From the NCBI GenBank assembly GCA_934098525.1, contig CAKONZ010000006.1, forward strand, positions 23,504 to 87,503: 64,000 bases of DNA, written 5' to 3'. Source of the stretch: an uncultured Bacilli bacterium. GTDB taxonomy: Bacteria > Bacillota_I > Bacilli_A > RF39 > UBA660. Made by a program: the position numbers and the translations under genes. Below, one piece after another: positions 1-8,055 of this stretch (the stretch's first letter is position 1; each line of letters starts with the position of its first letter). A model generated the notes under the pieces. It had not been told where the DNA came from, did no database searches, and worked only from the letters and a program-made list of their open reading frames with translations.

Positions 1-333
1 AGTAAAAATAAATGTATAACAGTGATATCAAACAAAGAAATTGGTGTAGATATTGAAGAAATAAAAAAGATAGATATTAATGTTATTAATAAATTTGCTA
101 CTGAAAATGAGAAGAAGTATATAACTGAAAGTAATGATGAAGTTTACAAAAGGTTATTTATTATTTATGTTTTAAAGGAAGCTTATTGTAAAATGTTAGG
201 AAAAGATTTGAATAAAATGTTAGAAGTTGAGTTTATGCATATTAATAATGAGCTGAAATGCAGTGATAAAAGTGTAAATATAAAGTATTTTGTGAAAGAT
301 AATTATACTATTGGGATATGTGAAAAAAGTTAA
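1..333 (+). CDS. 4'-phosphopantetheinyl transferase family protein, C-terminal part (5' end lies left of the window)
   Basis: Frame 1 is open from base 1. GVDIEEIKK and LKEAYCKMLGK match the GxD(I/V)E metal-binding motif and the (W/F)xxKEAxxK motif of Sfp/AcpS-type PPTases. Confidence 0.65.
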   Translation, partial: SKNKCITVISNKEIGVDIEEIKKIDINVINKFATENEKKYITESNDEVYKRLFIIYVLKEAYCKMLGKDLNKMLEVEFMHINNELKCSDKSVNIKYFVKDNYTIGICEKS

Positions 334-342
334 TTAGTATAT

Positions 343-376
343 AAAAAAATTGTATATTTTGTTATACAATTTTTTA
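343..376. terminator. Bidirectional rho-independent terminator between convergent genes
   Basis: Perfect hairpin AAAAAAATTGTATA / TATACAATTTTTT with a 6-nt loop. A-run on one side and T-run on the other. Confidence 0.6.
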
Positions 377-387
377 TTTATTGATTA

Positions 388-2031
388 TTATTTATTTTTC
401 TTTTCTTTTTTCTTTTTAACAATAATTATTACTACAATTACTGCTATTATTAATAAAATTCCTAAGATTATTAATATTATATTCATAGCATTACTTAATT
501 GAAAACTAACGACATTATTATTATTTTCAGAAATTAAAGTGTCATCTAATTTTGTATTTGATAATAAATAACGTGAATTATGTGATAATTTAAACTCATA
601 ATATCCATCTTTAGCATTTACTTTTTTAGCTATAATTGAAAAATCATTACTATCTTCATTATAATAATAAACATAAATTGGTTTGTTTCCTAATTTTGAA
701 CTCATTTCATCTGTAATTTTTATTTTTGTAGTTGCTGTTCCTGGTAAATCACCATTAGCGGCAAAATTAATAATAATTCCATCACTTACTAATTTATTAA
801 TATTTTCATCATCAATAACAAGAGAAGTTGAAACACTAACGTCTATATCTTTTGAAGTTTTAATATCTTTTCCTGTGAAAATTAATTGATCTTCGTTGTA
901 ATTGATAATTAATTTTTTATTAGTTCCTTTTATGGCATTGAATAATTCTTTACTTATGATTGGATTAGAATTTGCATTAATAGTAATTTTTGTATTTGAA
1001 TCAGCATTATATAAAGTTGCTAAAATTGTTGAATTAATATCTTCATTGTTATAAATATAATTGTCTTTGTTACTATCTTTTATTTCAAGTGTTAAATTGA
1101 AATTATATGTAGTTGAACCATTTACACTTCCATCTTTACTATATGTATTAGTTTTAGAGCTTGAAGATATTGTTAATACAGATAATGTATAAGTTCCTGT
1201 TGTTGTTGAACTTGGAATTTCAAAATATGGATTATTGTCTAATGATTTTCCATAAACAATCATTTTTTCTTCACTAGCATTTACAAATTCAAATTTAATA
1301 TTTGATATTTTAGTGCTTGTATCATATGTAAAATAAATTTTATCTCCTATGTTAGCAGAATTTGTTTTTAATGAAATACTATTTAAGCTTAATTTTTCAG
1401 TAGATGTTTGATTAATAGTTAATGTAACATCAAAGTTAAAATCAGATGATGTATATGTCTTACTAAAAGTTGTTCCATCACTATTGTCTCCTACTAAATA
1501 TACACTTTTAATGGAATATGTTCCAGAAGCAGCATTGTTTGGTATAGTTATGTATGGGTTATCAACAATTGACTCGACATTAACAGTAAATGTGTTTTTT
1601 GTTGAATTATTGATAAATGTAATTGACATGTTTCTATTGCAAGCCCCACTTGTGTTGTCATTAACAGTAACTTTATCTCCTGCATTAACAGAAGTTGCTC
1701 CTAATGACAAAGAATTTAAATAAATGATATTATCTGTTGATGAAGCATTAGCATCTGTTGCATTGGCATCTGTTGCATTAGCATCTGTTGCATTGGCATC
1801 TGTTGCATTAGCATCTGTTGCATTGGCATCTGTCGCATTAGCGTCTGTTGCATTGGCATCTGTTGCTTCTGATGCTGCATTAAACAAATATCCCTGAATA
1901 GATGAAATAGCACCATGATTTAATTGATATCCTATAAAAATACCAAATGCAAAAACTGCAACTCCACCTGAAATGATTTTTAAAACATTTTTTCTAAACT
2001 TGTTTTGTTGTTTAGATTCACTGTTTTTCAT
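388..2031 (-). CDS. Repeat-containing cell-surface protein (hypothetical)
   Basis: N-terminal TM segment, an (ATDAN)n linker, two ~100-aa S/T/N-rich modules with the same layout (LSL..S....AGDK...NPY..IP....SGTY), and a C-terminal TM helix followed by KKKKEKKNK. Confidence 0.6.
   Translation of the reverse strand: MKNSESKQQNKFRKNVLKIISGGVAVFAFGIFIGYQLNHGAISSIQGYLFNAASEATDANATDANATDANATDANATDANATDANATDANATDANASSTDNIIYLNSLSLGATSVNAGDKVTVNDNTSGACNRNMSITFINNSTKNTFTVNVESIVDNPYITIPNNAASGTYSIKSVYLVGDNSDGTTFSKTYTSSDFNFDVTLTINQTSTEKLSLNSISLKTNSANIGDKIYFTYDTSTKISNIKFEFVNASEEKMIVYGKSLDNNPYFEIPSSTTTGTYTLSVLTISSSSKTNTYSKDGSVNGSTTYNFNLTLEIKDSNKDNYIYNNEDINSTILATLYNADSNTKITINANSNPIISKELFNAIKGTNKKLIINYNEDQLIFTGKDIKTSKDIDVSVSTSLVIDDENINKLVSDGIIINFAANGDLPGTATTKIKITDEMSSKLGNKPIYVYYYNEDSNDFSIIAKKVNAKDGYYEFKLSHNSRYLLSNTKLDDTLISENNNNVVSFQLSNAMNIILIILGILLIIAVIVVIIIVKKKKEKKNK
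1745..1864 (-). repeat. In-frame 15-nt tandem repeat (8 units, alternating two synonymous versions = 30-nt super-unit) encoding (T-D-A-N-A)n
   Basis: gcattagcatctgtt / gcattggcatctgtt alternate eight times, with only two point differences in units 6-7. Confidence 0.9.
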
Positions 2032-2087
2032 GAAATAAGTACCTCCTTATTATATTTTCAAAATAATTATACAATAGGTTTGCTTTT

Positions 2088-3626
2088 TTAGCAACATTTA
2101 TTGACATTTTCAGAGTAAAGACTCGTATAGTGTAAAGCCATTAATAACCAGAAAATAGGCGTTACTATTACTACCCATAAATTAAAGAAATCTTGAATGA
2201 AAAAACATATCATTGGAATAAAGAGTATTAACGAATAATTATTCATTTTCTTTAAGCCATTTTTAATTTGTAATAATAAAAACGAAAGATATGTAAATAA
2301 CCCTACTACTCCTAAATTTATTAAAATGGTTAGATACACATTGGCGGCTGTGTCATTGATAGTTAAAAGTCCGATTGCTGCTATATCATTTGTATATTTT
2401 GCCATAAACCTTATTGCAAATGTATCTGGTCCACTTCCAAGTATTAAATAATCCGGGAATATTTTTAAAGTTCTTTTCCATAAGAAAATTCTATAAGTAC
2501 CAAATTCATCATCAAAGTTACCATGTAATAATTCATGAATTTCATATAACATGCCACTTTGAAAATTATAAAAGTATAGAAAAACTATTCCTAATAAACC
2601 ACATATTATAATAGAGATATAAAAGTATTTTATAATCTTTTTATTATTAGAAAGATTATAATCTTGTTTATTTAATATTTTTGATAAAATTATTAAGATT
2701 GTAATAACAATTAAATATAAAACTACTATATAGTTGAATTGAAAATAAAAATTTAATGAATGAAGGTCATAATGATATTCTGGGTTAATAAAAACGTTTA
2801 TACAATACGCTAATAAAATACCTGCTATTATTTGTAAAAATCTTGCAAATCTTTTATTATTCAAAACTATAATTGGTATAATTAGTATCAATGTTGTAAT
2901 AAATGCTACTTTTCCACTATCTACATCTATGATACCTATAATAAAAGAACCCATTATTACTGATAAGAAGTGAAGTATTTTATTAATTTTTTTATCATCA
3001 TCTAAAAAAACATAAGCTGTAAATGATACTGTTAATAATATACAATATAATGCTGAAATAAAGTCAACGTTACCTATTGTTGTCATGAAGCTAACATTAT
3101 GAGTACCAATTCCATTTTGGTACATATTAAAAGGATTAAATCCTATGTACTGTAATATTGCTATAAAGTTTAATAATATTGATGATATTGAAAAATATAA
3201 AATATATTTTTTCTTAAATTTAGAAAATAGTGTTATAAACAAAAAACTTAGTGTATATAAAGTTATCATTATTAATCCTTCACCACGCCCTACTCCAATA
3301 AATAAATTAGCTTTATTAAAATACGGAGATAAAAAGCATGAAATTGCATTTACAATCAAAAATAATATTGATAATTTTTGTATCCAGGATAGTTTTATTT
3401 TTTGTAATAGGTTGCATTTTTTTAAAATTAAATAATATAAATATACTAAAATAGTGCTTATTAAATATGTTCCTCCAATAATTAAGTAAGTATACCATTT
3501 ACATTCTAAGATGTGAAAGAAACCAGTAGAATCAACAATTAATGGAAATAATATGATTGTTAGTGCAATATAAATATCAGAGAATACTTCTAAAATATAT
3601 TTTCCTTTTTCTAAATCTTTTTTCAT
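2088..3626 (-). CDS. O-antigen ligase / Wzy-like polytopic membrane protein
   Basis: 512 aa, at least 10 hydrophobic helices, with a late loop then LGSGPDTFAIRF, as in O-antigen-ligase-like (Wzy_C) proteins. Confidence 0.55.
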   Translation of the reverse strand: MKKDLEKGKYILEVFSDIYIALTIILFPLIVDSTGFFHILECKWYTYLIIGGTYLISTILVYLYYLILKKCNLLQKIKLSWIQKLSILFLIVNAISCFLSPYFNKANLFIGVGRGEGLIMITLYTLSFLFITLFSKFKKKYILYFSISSILLNFIAILQYIGFNPFNMYQNGIGTHNVSFMTTIGNVDFISALYCILLTVSFTAYVFLDDDKKINKILHFLSVIMGSFIIGIIDVDSGKVAFITTLILIIPIIVLNNKRFARFLQIIAGILLAYCINVFINPEYHYDLHSLNFYFQFNYIVVLYLIVITILIILSKILNKQDYNLSNNKKIIKYFYISIIICGLLGIVFLYFYNFQSGMLYEIHELLHGNFDDEFGTYRIFLWKRTLKIFPDYLILGSGPDTFAIRFMAKYTNDIAAIGLLTINDTAANVYLTILINLGVVGLFTYLSFLLLQIKNGLKKMNNYSLILFIPMICFFIQDFFNLWVVIVTPIFWLLMALHYTSLYSENVNKCC

Positions 3627-3658
3627 ATGTTTACTCCTTTTTTAAAATAGTAGCTATA

Positions 3659-4114
3659 TTATTTTTTAGCTACTATTTCTTCCCATTTAAAGTTAGTGTA
3701 TTTTTCTTCAGAATATATTTTTTCTATTTCTTCTTTGGTTTTTCCTAGAACATCATCTTTTAATGATTTGTATGTTATTGTATGATTTTTATTTAATTTT
3801 ACATCTTGATATTTGTCTGTTTGTTGAGATAATATTTTATATTCATATTGAGATATTTTTTTTAGATTTTCTTCATCTTTAGCATAATATTTTATTTTTG
3901 TTTCTACTTCTGTAACTTTGTTATTTTTTAGTTTTGCTTTTGTATAGTAACGATCGTTTAAGTTATTATAGTATGAATATTCTAATGAAGATATTTTGTC
4001 TTCTTTTTTAGGTTTAAATACTAAGTATAGACTTAAAAATATTATTGATAATATTGTTAGAGCTATTGCTATTATTCCTAAAATTTTTTTGGTTTTTATT
4101 TTTTTATTTTCCAT
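3659..4114 (-). CDS. Hypothetical N-terminally membrane-anchored protein
   Basis: 151-aa ORF with an N-terminal TM segment (ILGIIAIALTILSIIFLSLYLVF) and a Lys/Glu-rich soluble part. GGAGG-like RBS (ctaggaggatatATG). Confidence 0.5.
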   Translation of the reverse strand: MENKKIKTKKILGIIAIALTILSIIFLSLYLVFKPKKEDKISSLEYSYYNNLNDRYYTKAKLKNNKVTEVETKIKYYAKDEENLKKISQYEYKILSQQTDKYQDVKLNKNHTITYKSLKDDVLGKTKEEIEKIYSEEKYTNFKWEEIVAKK

Positions 4115-4188
4115 ATATCCTCCTAGAAGATTTCTATTTTATAAATATATAATAACATATTTTTTTAAAATTAAAAAGATAAACAATG

Positions 4189-4211
4189 AAAAAGAGAGCT
4201 TTTTAGCTCTC
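4189..4211 (-). terminator. Rho-independent terminator downstream of tRNA-Lys
   Basis: GAGAGC-loop-GCTCTC hairpin followed by TTTTT on the minus strand. Confidence 0.6.
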
Positions 4212-4223
4212 ATAATTTTCTTA

Positions 4224-4299
4224 TGGTGATCCCTCAGGGATTCGAACCCTGGACCCACAGATTAAGAGTCTGTTGCTCTACCAGCTGAGCTAAGGAACC
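4224..4299 (-). tRNA. tRNA-Lys (anticodon CUU), CCA encoded
   Basis: The reverse complement ggttccttagctcagctggtagagcaacagactCTTaatctgtgggtccagggttcgaatccctgagggatcacca folds as a cloverleaf. It has a 7-bp acceptor stem (two G-U pairs), a D-loop AGCTCAGCTGGTAGAGC, an anticodon stem acaga/tctgt with loop cuCUUaa, and a T-arm caggg-TTCGAAT-ccctg. Confidence 0.9.
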
Positions 4300-4314
4300 A
4301 TTTGTTACTTTTTA

Positions 4315-4342
4315 ATTATACTATATTTTAAAAAAATTTCAA
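4315..4342 (-). promoter_or_regulatory. Sigma-A-type promoter for tRNA-Lys
   Basis: On the minus strand: TTGAAA, 16 nt, TATAAT. The -10 box lies about 15 nt upstream of the tRNA 5' end. Confidence 0.45.
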
Positions 4343-4371
4343 GTATATTTTATCAAATATTATACATATTA
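4343..4371 (+). promoter_or_regulatory. Possible forespore (sigma-G/F-type) promoter of sspI
   Basis: GTATA, 17 nt, CATATTA fits GHATR-17/18-CAHWHTA. However, the -10 box lies only ~6 nt before the RBS, which would leave an unusually short leader. Confidence 0.3.
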
Positions 4372-4386
4372 ATATTGGTGAGGAAA

Positions 4387-4593
4387 ATGAATTTAGATAT
4401 TAAGGATAATATAAGAAGTAATTTAAAGGGTTCTAGTAAGAAAGAAATTATTAGTACTATTGAAGATGGAATAGAATCAAATGATGAAATTGTGTTACCA
4501 GGACTTGGAGTTTTGTTAACTTTATTTTGGGGTAATTTAAGCAAAGATGAAAAAGAAAAAATAGCAGTAATATTAGAGAGTAAGTTAAAATAA
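4387..4593 (+). CDS. sspI: Small acid-soluble spore protein SspI
   Basis: MNLDIKDNIRSNLKG...LPGLGVLLTLFW...DEKEKI is colinear with Bacillus SspI (MDLNLR...LPGLGVLFEVIW...). Start moved to ATG 4387, behind GGTGAGGA. Confidence 0.75.
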   Translation: MNLDIKDNIRSNLKGSSKKEIISTIEDGIESNDEIVLPGLGVLLTLFWGNLSKDEKEKIAVILESKLK

Positions 4594-4605
4594 ATTAACT
4601 TACTC

Positions 4606-4866
4606 TTATTTTAATTCTACTATTGTTTGACCATCATTAAATATATCTATTTTGTATGTTTTTACTTCTTTTTTTCTTTTTAATACTTCATGGGTTTTAT
4701 TTTTTAAGGTATAGCTTCCTTTTCCATGAATTATTATTAGTAGTTTGTTATTTTGTTTATAATTTATATTTATAAATTCTTTTATTGCTACTTCGGCTTC
4801 ATAACGATTCATTTGATGTAAATCTAATTGGGGTAAGTTTTTATACATCATATAATTATCTATCAT
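4606..4866 (-). CDS. Smr domain protein
   Basis: 86 aa. LDLHQMNRYEA...IIHGKGSYTLK matches the Smr/MutS2 C-terminal pattern LDLHG...HGKG. Confidence 0.7.
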   Translation of the reverse strand: MIDNYMMYKNLPQLDLHQMNRYEAEVAIKEFININYKQNNKLLIIIHGKGSYTLKNKTHEVLKRKKEVKTYKIDIFNDGQTIVELK

Positions 4867-5585
4867 TTTTTTAAGTTGTATGTTTTATAGTCTTCTAGAA
4901 CTATAATATTATTTTCTCTGTTTTCTTTTATGTATTTTCTTGTTTTATCGTTCATGTGTGATGTATAAAATTTACAATTTGGATATTTGTTTCTTAAGTA
5001 TATTATGTTGTCAAAGCCCATATGTCTTTTGTTACCCTTAATACGGGTACAATCACAAAATAGATGATCACAAATACTTGCCATATATTCTATTTTTTTA
5101 GATATTCTTGCGTCTCCGGTAAATCCTATTTTTATATTTTCTTGTTCTATTATATAGCCATATGCATCATGTAGTATACCATGATCTACTTTTACTTTTT
5201 TTATGTTGTAATTTTCTATATTGAAGTTTTGTTTTGTTACAAAGTTTAATTTTGTTTTGTTTATTAAGTTGATATAACTATTAGGAAACGCTAAGAAAAA
5301 TAATTTTATAATTTTTCTTTTACCTGATTTTGTTGTGTATATATTTGTTTGTCTTCTGTTTTTTAAGTATGTTTTATTTAAAAGATAGAATGGAATGTCA
5401 AAATAGTGATCACCATGGAGATGAGTTATTAAAACATGATCAATATTCATAGGATTGATTTTATTTCTTTTTAGTTCTTTACATGTTCCATTTGGAATGT
5501 CTATTAATAATTTGTTATCAATAAGATAGGATGCTGAATTGTTTGTTGTCCACATATCTCCTGATCCTATTACTTTTATTTTCAT
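4863..5585 (-). CDS. MBL-fold metallo-hydrolase (RNase Z/PhnP-like)
   Basis: HLHGDH (HxHxDH) plus downstream His/Asp ligands (VDHG, FTGDA, SHMN). 4-nt ATGA overlap with the Smr gene. Confidence 0.75.
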   Translation of the reverse strand: MKIKVIGSGDMWTTNNSASYLIDNKLLIDIPNGTCKELKRNKINPMNIDHVLITHLHGDHYFDIPFYLLNKTYLKNRRQTNIYTTKSGKRKIIKLFFLAFPNSYINLINKTKLNFVTKQNFNIENYNIKKVKVDHGILHDAYGYIIEQENIKIGFTGDARISKKIEYMASICDHLFCDCTRIKGNKRHMGFDNIIYLRNKYPNCKFYTSHMNDKTRKYIKENRENNIIVLEDYKTYNLKK

Positions 5586-5606
5586 ATTTTTCTCCTGTAA
5601 TTTGTG

Positions 5607-6701
5607 TTAATTTATTTTTTCAATATAACCACTTGTTTTTTCAGTATACATATCATCTGTTATTGTTTTATATCTGTCACCTTGATAATCATCTGTAAAA
5701 CCATTATATGTTTTATATATATCGTTAGTTTCTGTATCGTAAACTCTTTCATATCCTAAAATGGCATCACTTTGTTTTTGACTCATTATATCATAGGTTT
5801 TATTTCTATTTTCCCAAGCACTCATATATGAATCAAATGCTTTTTGCATTTGGGCATTAATTTCCAAAGTTCTTTTTGTTTGGGCGTTATTGTTGTCAAT
5901 TGTTTGTTTAACATATTCTTCACTAAAATCTATAGAATTAATTGTTTTAAGTAAAGTGTCTTTATAATCTATGAATTTATCTTTTTCAGTTGTAATAGCC
6001 ATTATATCATAAACCATATAGTATGATGTATCAAAACCAGCATTACTGTTACCAAAGTTTACTATTGACGCTAGGAAAAGACCTTCTCCTGCTTTATTGT
6101 TTTCTCCTGTAAATGTTGCTCTTAATACTTTACTATCTAATGCAACACTTTTCATACTTGCTTGAGATTCTGATTCATCTTGTTTGGTAAAGTTATTTAG
6201 TGTTGGAAATTTAAATGTTGCAAGTGTTGGCTCTATAGAGTTACAATATGCACTTATTTCTTTAAATTTTTTGTAAAATTGTTCAGTTGTTGGACTATCT
6301 AATACTACTGCTTCTGAGAATAATCTATATTGTGAATTGTTTCCACTCATATTGTAATAATTTTGCCATGTTTGCTTTGATTGTGTACTTTTAAGTAATG
6401 GCTCCATTTTTAGCATTAAGAATATTTGATTGTTAGGATTTTTTTGATCATATGCTTTTATTGCATAGTATATTCCAGCTCCTCCTGTTTCTACTACCCA
6501 CCCTTTTGGTTTTTCCATTTTAAATACGTCATTTTTGTATTCTTCTAGTGTTAATTCTTGATTAGCTACGATTTTTACTGTTCCGTTTTTTGTTTTGATT
6601 GTGTTGTTCTTATTATTTTTATTTGGTAATTTTATTACCATTATTACTAAAGCTACAATTATGATAAAAATAATAGGAATTATATTTTTATTGTTTTTCA
6701 T
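5607..6701 (-). CDS. Hypothetical membrane-anchored extracytoplasmic protein
   Basis: 364-aa ORF with an N-terminal TM segment (IIPIIFIIIVALVIMVI). No motif recognised. Confidence 0.5.
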   Translation of the reverse strand: MKNNKNIIPIIFIIIVALVIMVIKLPNKNNKNNTIKTKNGTVKIVANQELTLEEYKNDVFKMEKPKGWVVETGGAGIYYAIKAYDQKNPNNQIFLMLKMEPLLKSTQSKQTWQNYYNMSGNNSQYRLFSEAVVLDSPTTEQFYKKFKEISAYCNSIEPTLATFKFPTLNNFTKQDESESQASMKSVALDSKVLRATFTGENNKAGEGLFLASIVNFGNSNAGFDTSYYMVYDIMAITTEKDKFIDYKDTLLKTINSIDFSEEYVKQTIDNNNAQTKRTLEINAQMQKAFDSYMSAWENRNKTYDIMSQKQSDAILGYERVYDTETNDIYKTYNGFTDDYQGDRYKTITDDMYTEKTSGYIEKIN

Positions 6702-6820
6702 ATTTTTCTCTCCTTTATTCTATTATATATTTTATTGCTTTGTTTTGACAAGATTAATAAAATTAAATTTTTTTATTTTAAGTTCTAATTTAGATTAAAA
6801 TACTTAATATATTTTAAAGT

Positions 6821-7681
6821 TTACTTATTTTTAATTTCTTTATTGTCATTAATATATTTATAGTTTAAGGAATTTTTATTTGAAATAGCTGATTTATTAG
6901 TTGCTTTTTCATAGGACTTTCTCGCATCATTTGCAACTTGTCCTCCTTTACGAGCAACTTTCATATTTTCTTTAAATCCTTGAGGATTTTCTGATTTTGC
7001 TATATCCCGAGCAGCGATTTCTCCTAAATCTGTAAGTAATACTTCTATATCGGTCATATTATCTCTTAAGGATTCTTTTCTAAGACCTTTATATGCTTTA
7101 TATTCACTTGCTTTCATTCCTGACCAACTTTTATATATTTCATTAGTAAGCATTGCAAATTCAATAGGTTTTTCAATGCCACCATCTTTCCATACATCAG
7201 TTAATTTGAATCTGTCTACTAAACTGATTAATCTTTGTTTAATCCATTCATTAGTATATCCTTTATTTCGATAATAATTAACAACTCTATTAGCCGCTAC
7301 TTCAGGATCAAATACTTCGTCAATTCTTTCTTTACCTAGTTTGGCTAACCACAACTTAAATGGTTCAGCTTTGGGGCTTGGTACAGATTCAATAAGTCTA
7401 AATATTCCTTCGGTATCTAAAACATCGGTCAAATAGTTTTTACCATCTGATGATTTCATTTTCAGTTGGTTAGTTTTACTAACCAACTCACTTCCTTCGT
7501 TACTTAGTTTATTTTTAAGCCATTTCCAATAATTTCTTGATTTCTGATAATCATTATTAGTTAGTGCTCCTATAACATCAACTACGCTAAAATAGTATTC
7601 TTCTTTCTTGCTATCCCATATACTTCTTATTTCTTTATTTTCAAAAAGATTTGAAATTGTTTCTAATTTATTTTTGTTCAT
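6821..7681 (-). CDS. Bro-N domain protein with DinD-like C-terminal region
   Basis: N-terminus FENKEIRSIWDSKKEEYYFSVVDVIGALT...SPKAEPFKLWLAKLG is typical of Bro-N. The C-terminal half (FAMLTNEIY...KGLRKESLRDNMTDIEVLL...ARKGGQVA) is colinear with E. coli DinD. Confidence 0.65.
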   Translation of the reverse strand: MNKNKLETISNLFENKEIRSIWDSKKEEYYFSVVDVIGALTNNDYQKSRNYWKWLKNKLSNEGSELVSKTNQLKMKSSDGKNYLTDVLDTEGIFRLIESVPSPKAEPFKLWLAKLGKERIDEVFDPEVAANRVVNYYRNKGYTNEWIKQRLISLVDRFKLTDVWKDGGIEKPIEFAMLTNEIYKSWSGMKASEYKAYKGLRKESLRDNMTDIEVLLTDLGEIAARDIAKSENPQGFKENMKVARKGGQVANDARKSYEKATNKSAISNKNSLNYKYINDNKEIKNK

Positions 7682-7919
7682 TATCTTCCTCCTTATTTAC
7701 AATTTCTAATTTATAACCTAGTGCAGAAAGTACCTTTACAAAATTACCAACTGACATGGAATGCATATTTTTTTCCATTCTGGCAATTGTAGATTGTGCT
7801 ATTCCTATTTTGCTTGCTAAATCACGTTGACTTAATTTTGAGTCATATCTAATTTTTATATATTTACATATTAAATCAAACTCTTCATCATTGATTAATT
7901 CTTCATTTATATTTTTCAT
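7668..7919 (-). CDS. XRE-family helix-turn-helix transcriptional regulator
   Basis: LSQRDLASKIGIAQSTIARMEKN is an HTH_3 motif. Start set at ATG 7919, behind GGAGG. 14-nt overlap with the downstream Bro-N gene. Confidence 0.8.
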   Translation of the reverse strand: MKNINEELINDEEFDLICKYIKIRYDSKLSQRDLASKIGIAQSTIARMEKNMHSMSVGNFVKVLSALGYKLEIVNKEEDNEQK

Positions 7920-7938
7920 AGTAACTACCTCCAACCAC

Positions 7939-7967
7939 ATGATAGCAAATATGCATTATGAAGTCAA
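7939..7967 (-). promoter_or_regulatory. Putative promoter of the XRE/Bro-N pair
   Basis: Minus strand: TTGACT, 17 nt, TATCAT. Confidence 0.35.
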
Positions 7968-8007
7968 CAAAAAATTTATATTTCTATTTGGTTTTGTTTG
8001 AATAAAT

Positions 8008-8043
8008 GAAAAAGGACAGGATTTTAAAATCCTAGTCCTTTTT
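8008..8043 (-). terminator. Terminator downstream of ppdK
   Basis: AAAAGGAC(A)GGATTTT / AAAATCCT(A)GTCCTTTT hairpin with one bulge, followed by a T-run on the minus strand. Confidence 0.55.
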
Positions 8044-8055
8044 ATAAATCATATA

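Noticed and set aside
1716-1916. 66-aa minus-strand ORF with an MPMQQ(M/T)LM repeat
   Set aside because: It is an alternative frame of the 15-nt ATDAN repeat, wholly inside the 547-aa surface-protein gene. The repeat keeps every frame open.
4224-4299. tRNA-Lys as the attachment site of a genomic island covering the flanking accessory genes
   Set aside because: There is no integrase or excisionase nearby. I could find no direct repeat of the tRNA 3' end (…ggttcgaatccctgagggatcacca) elsewhere in the window.
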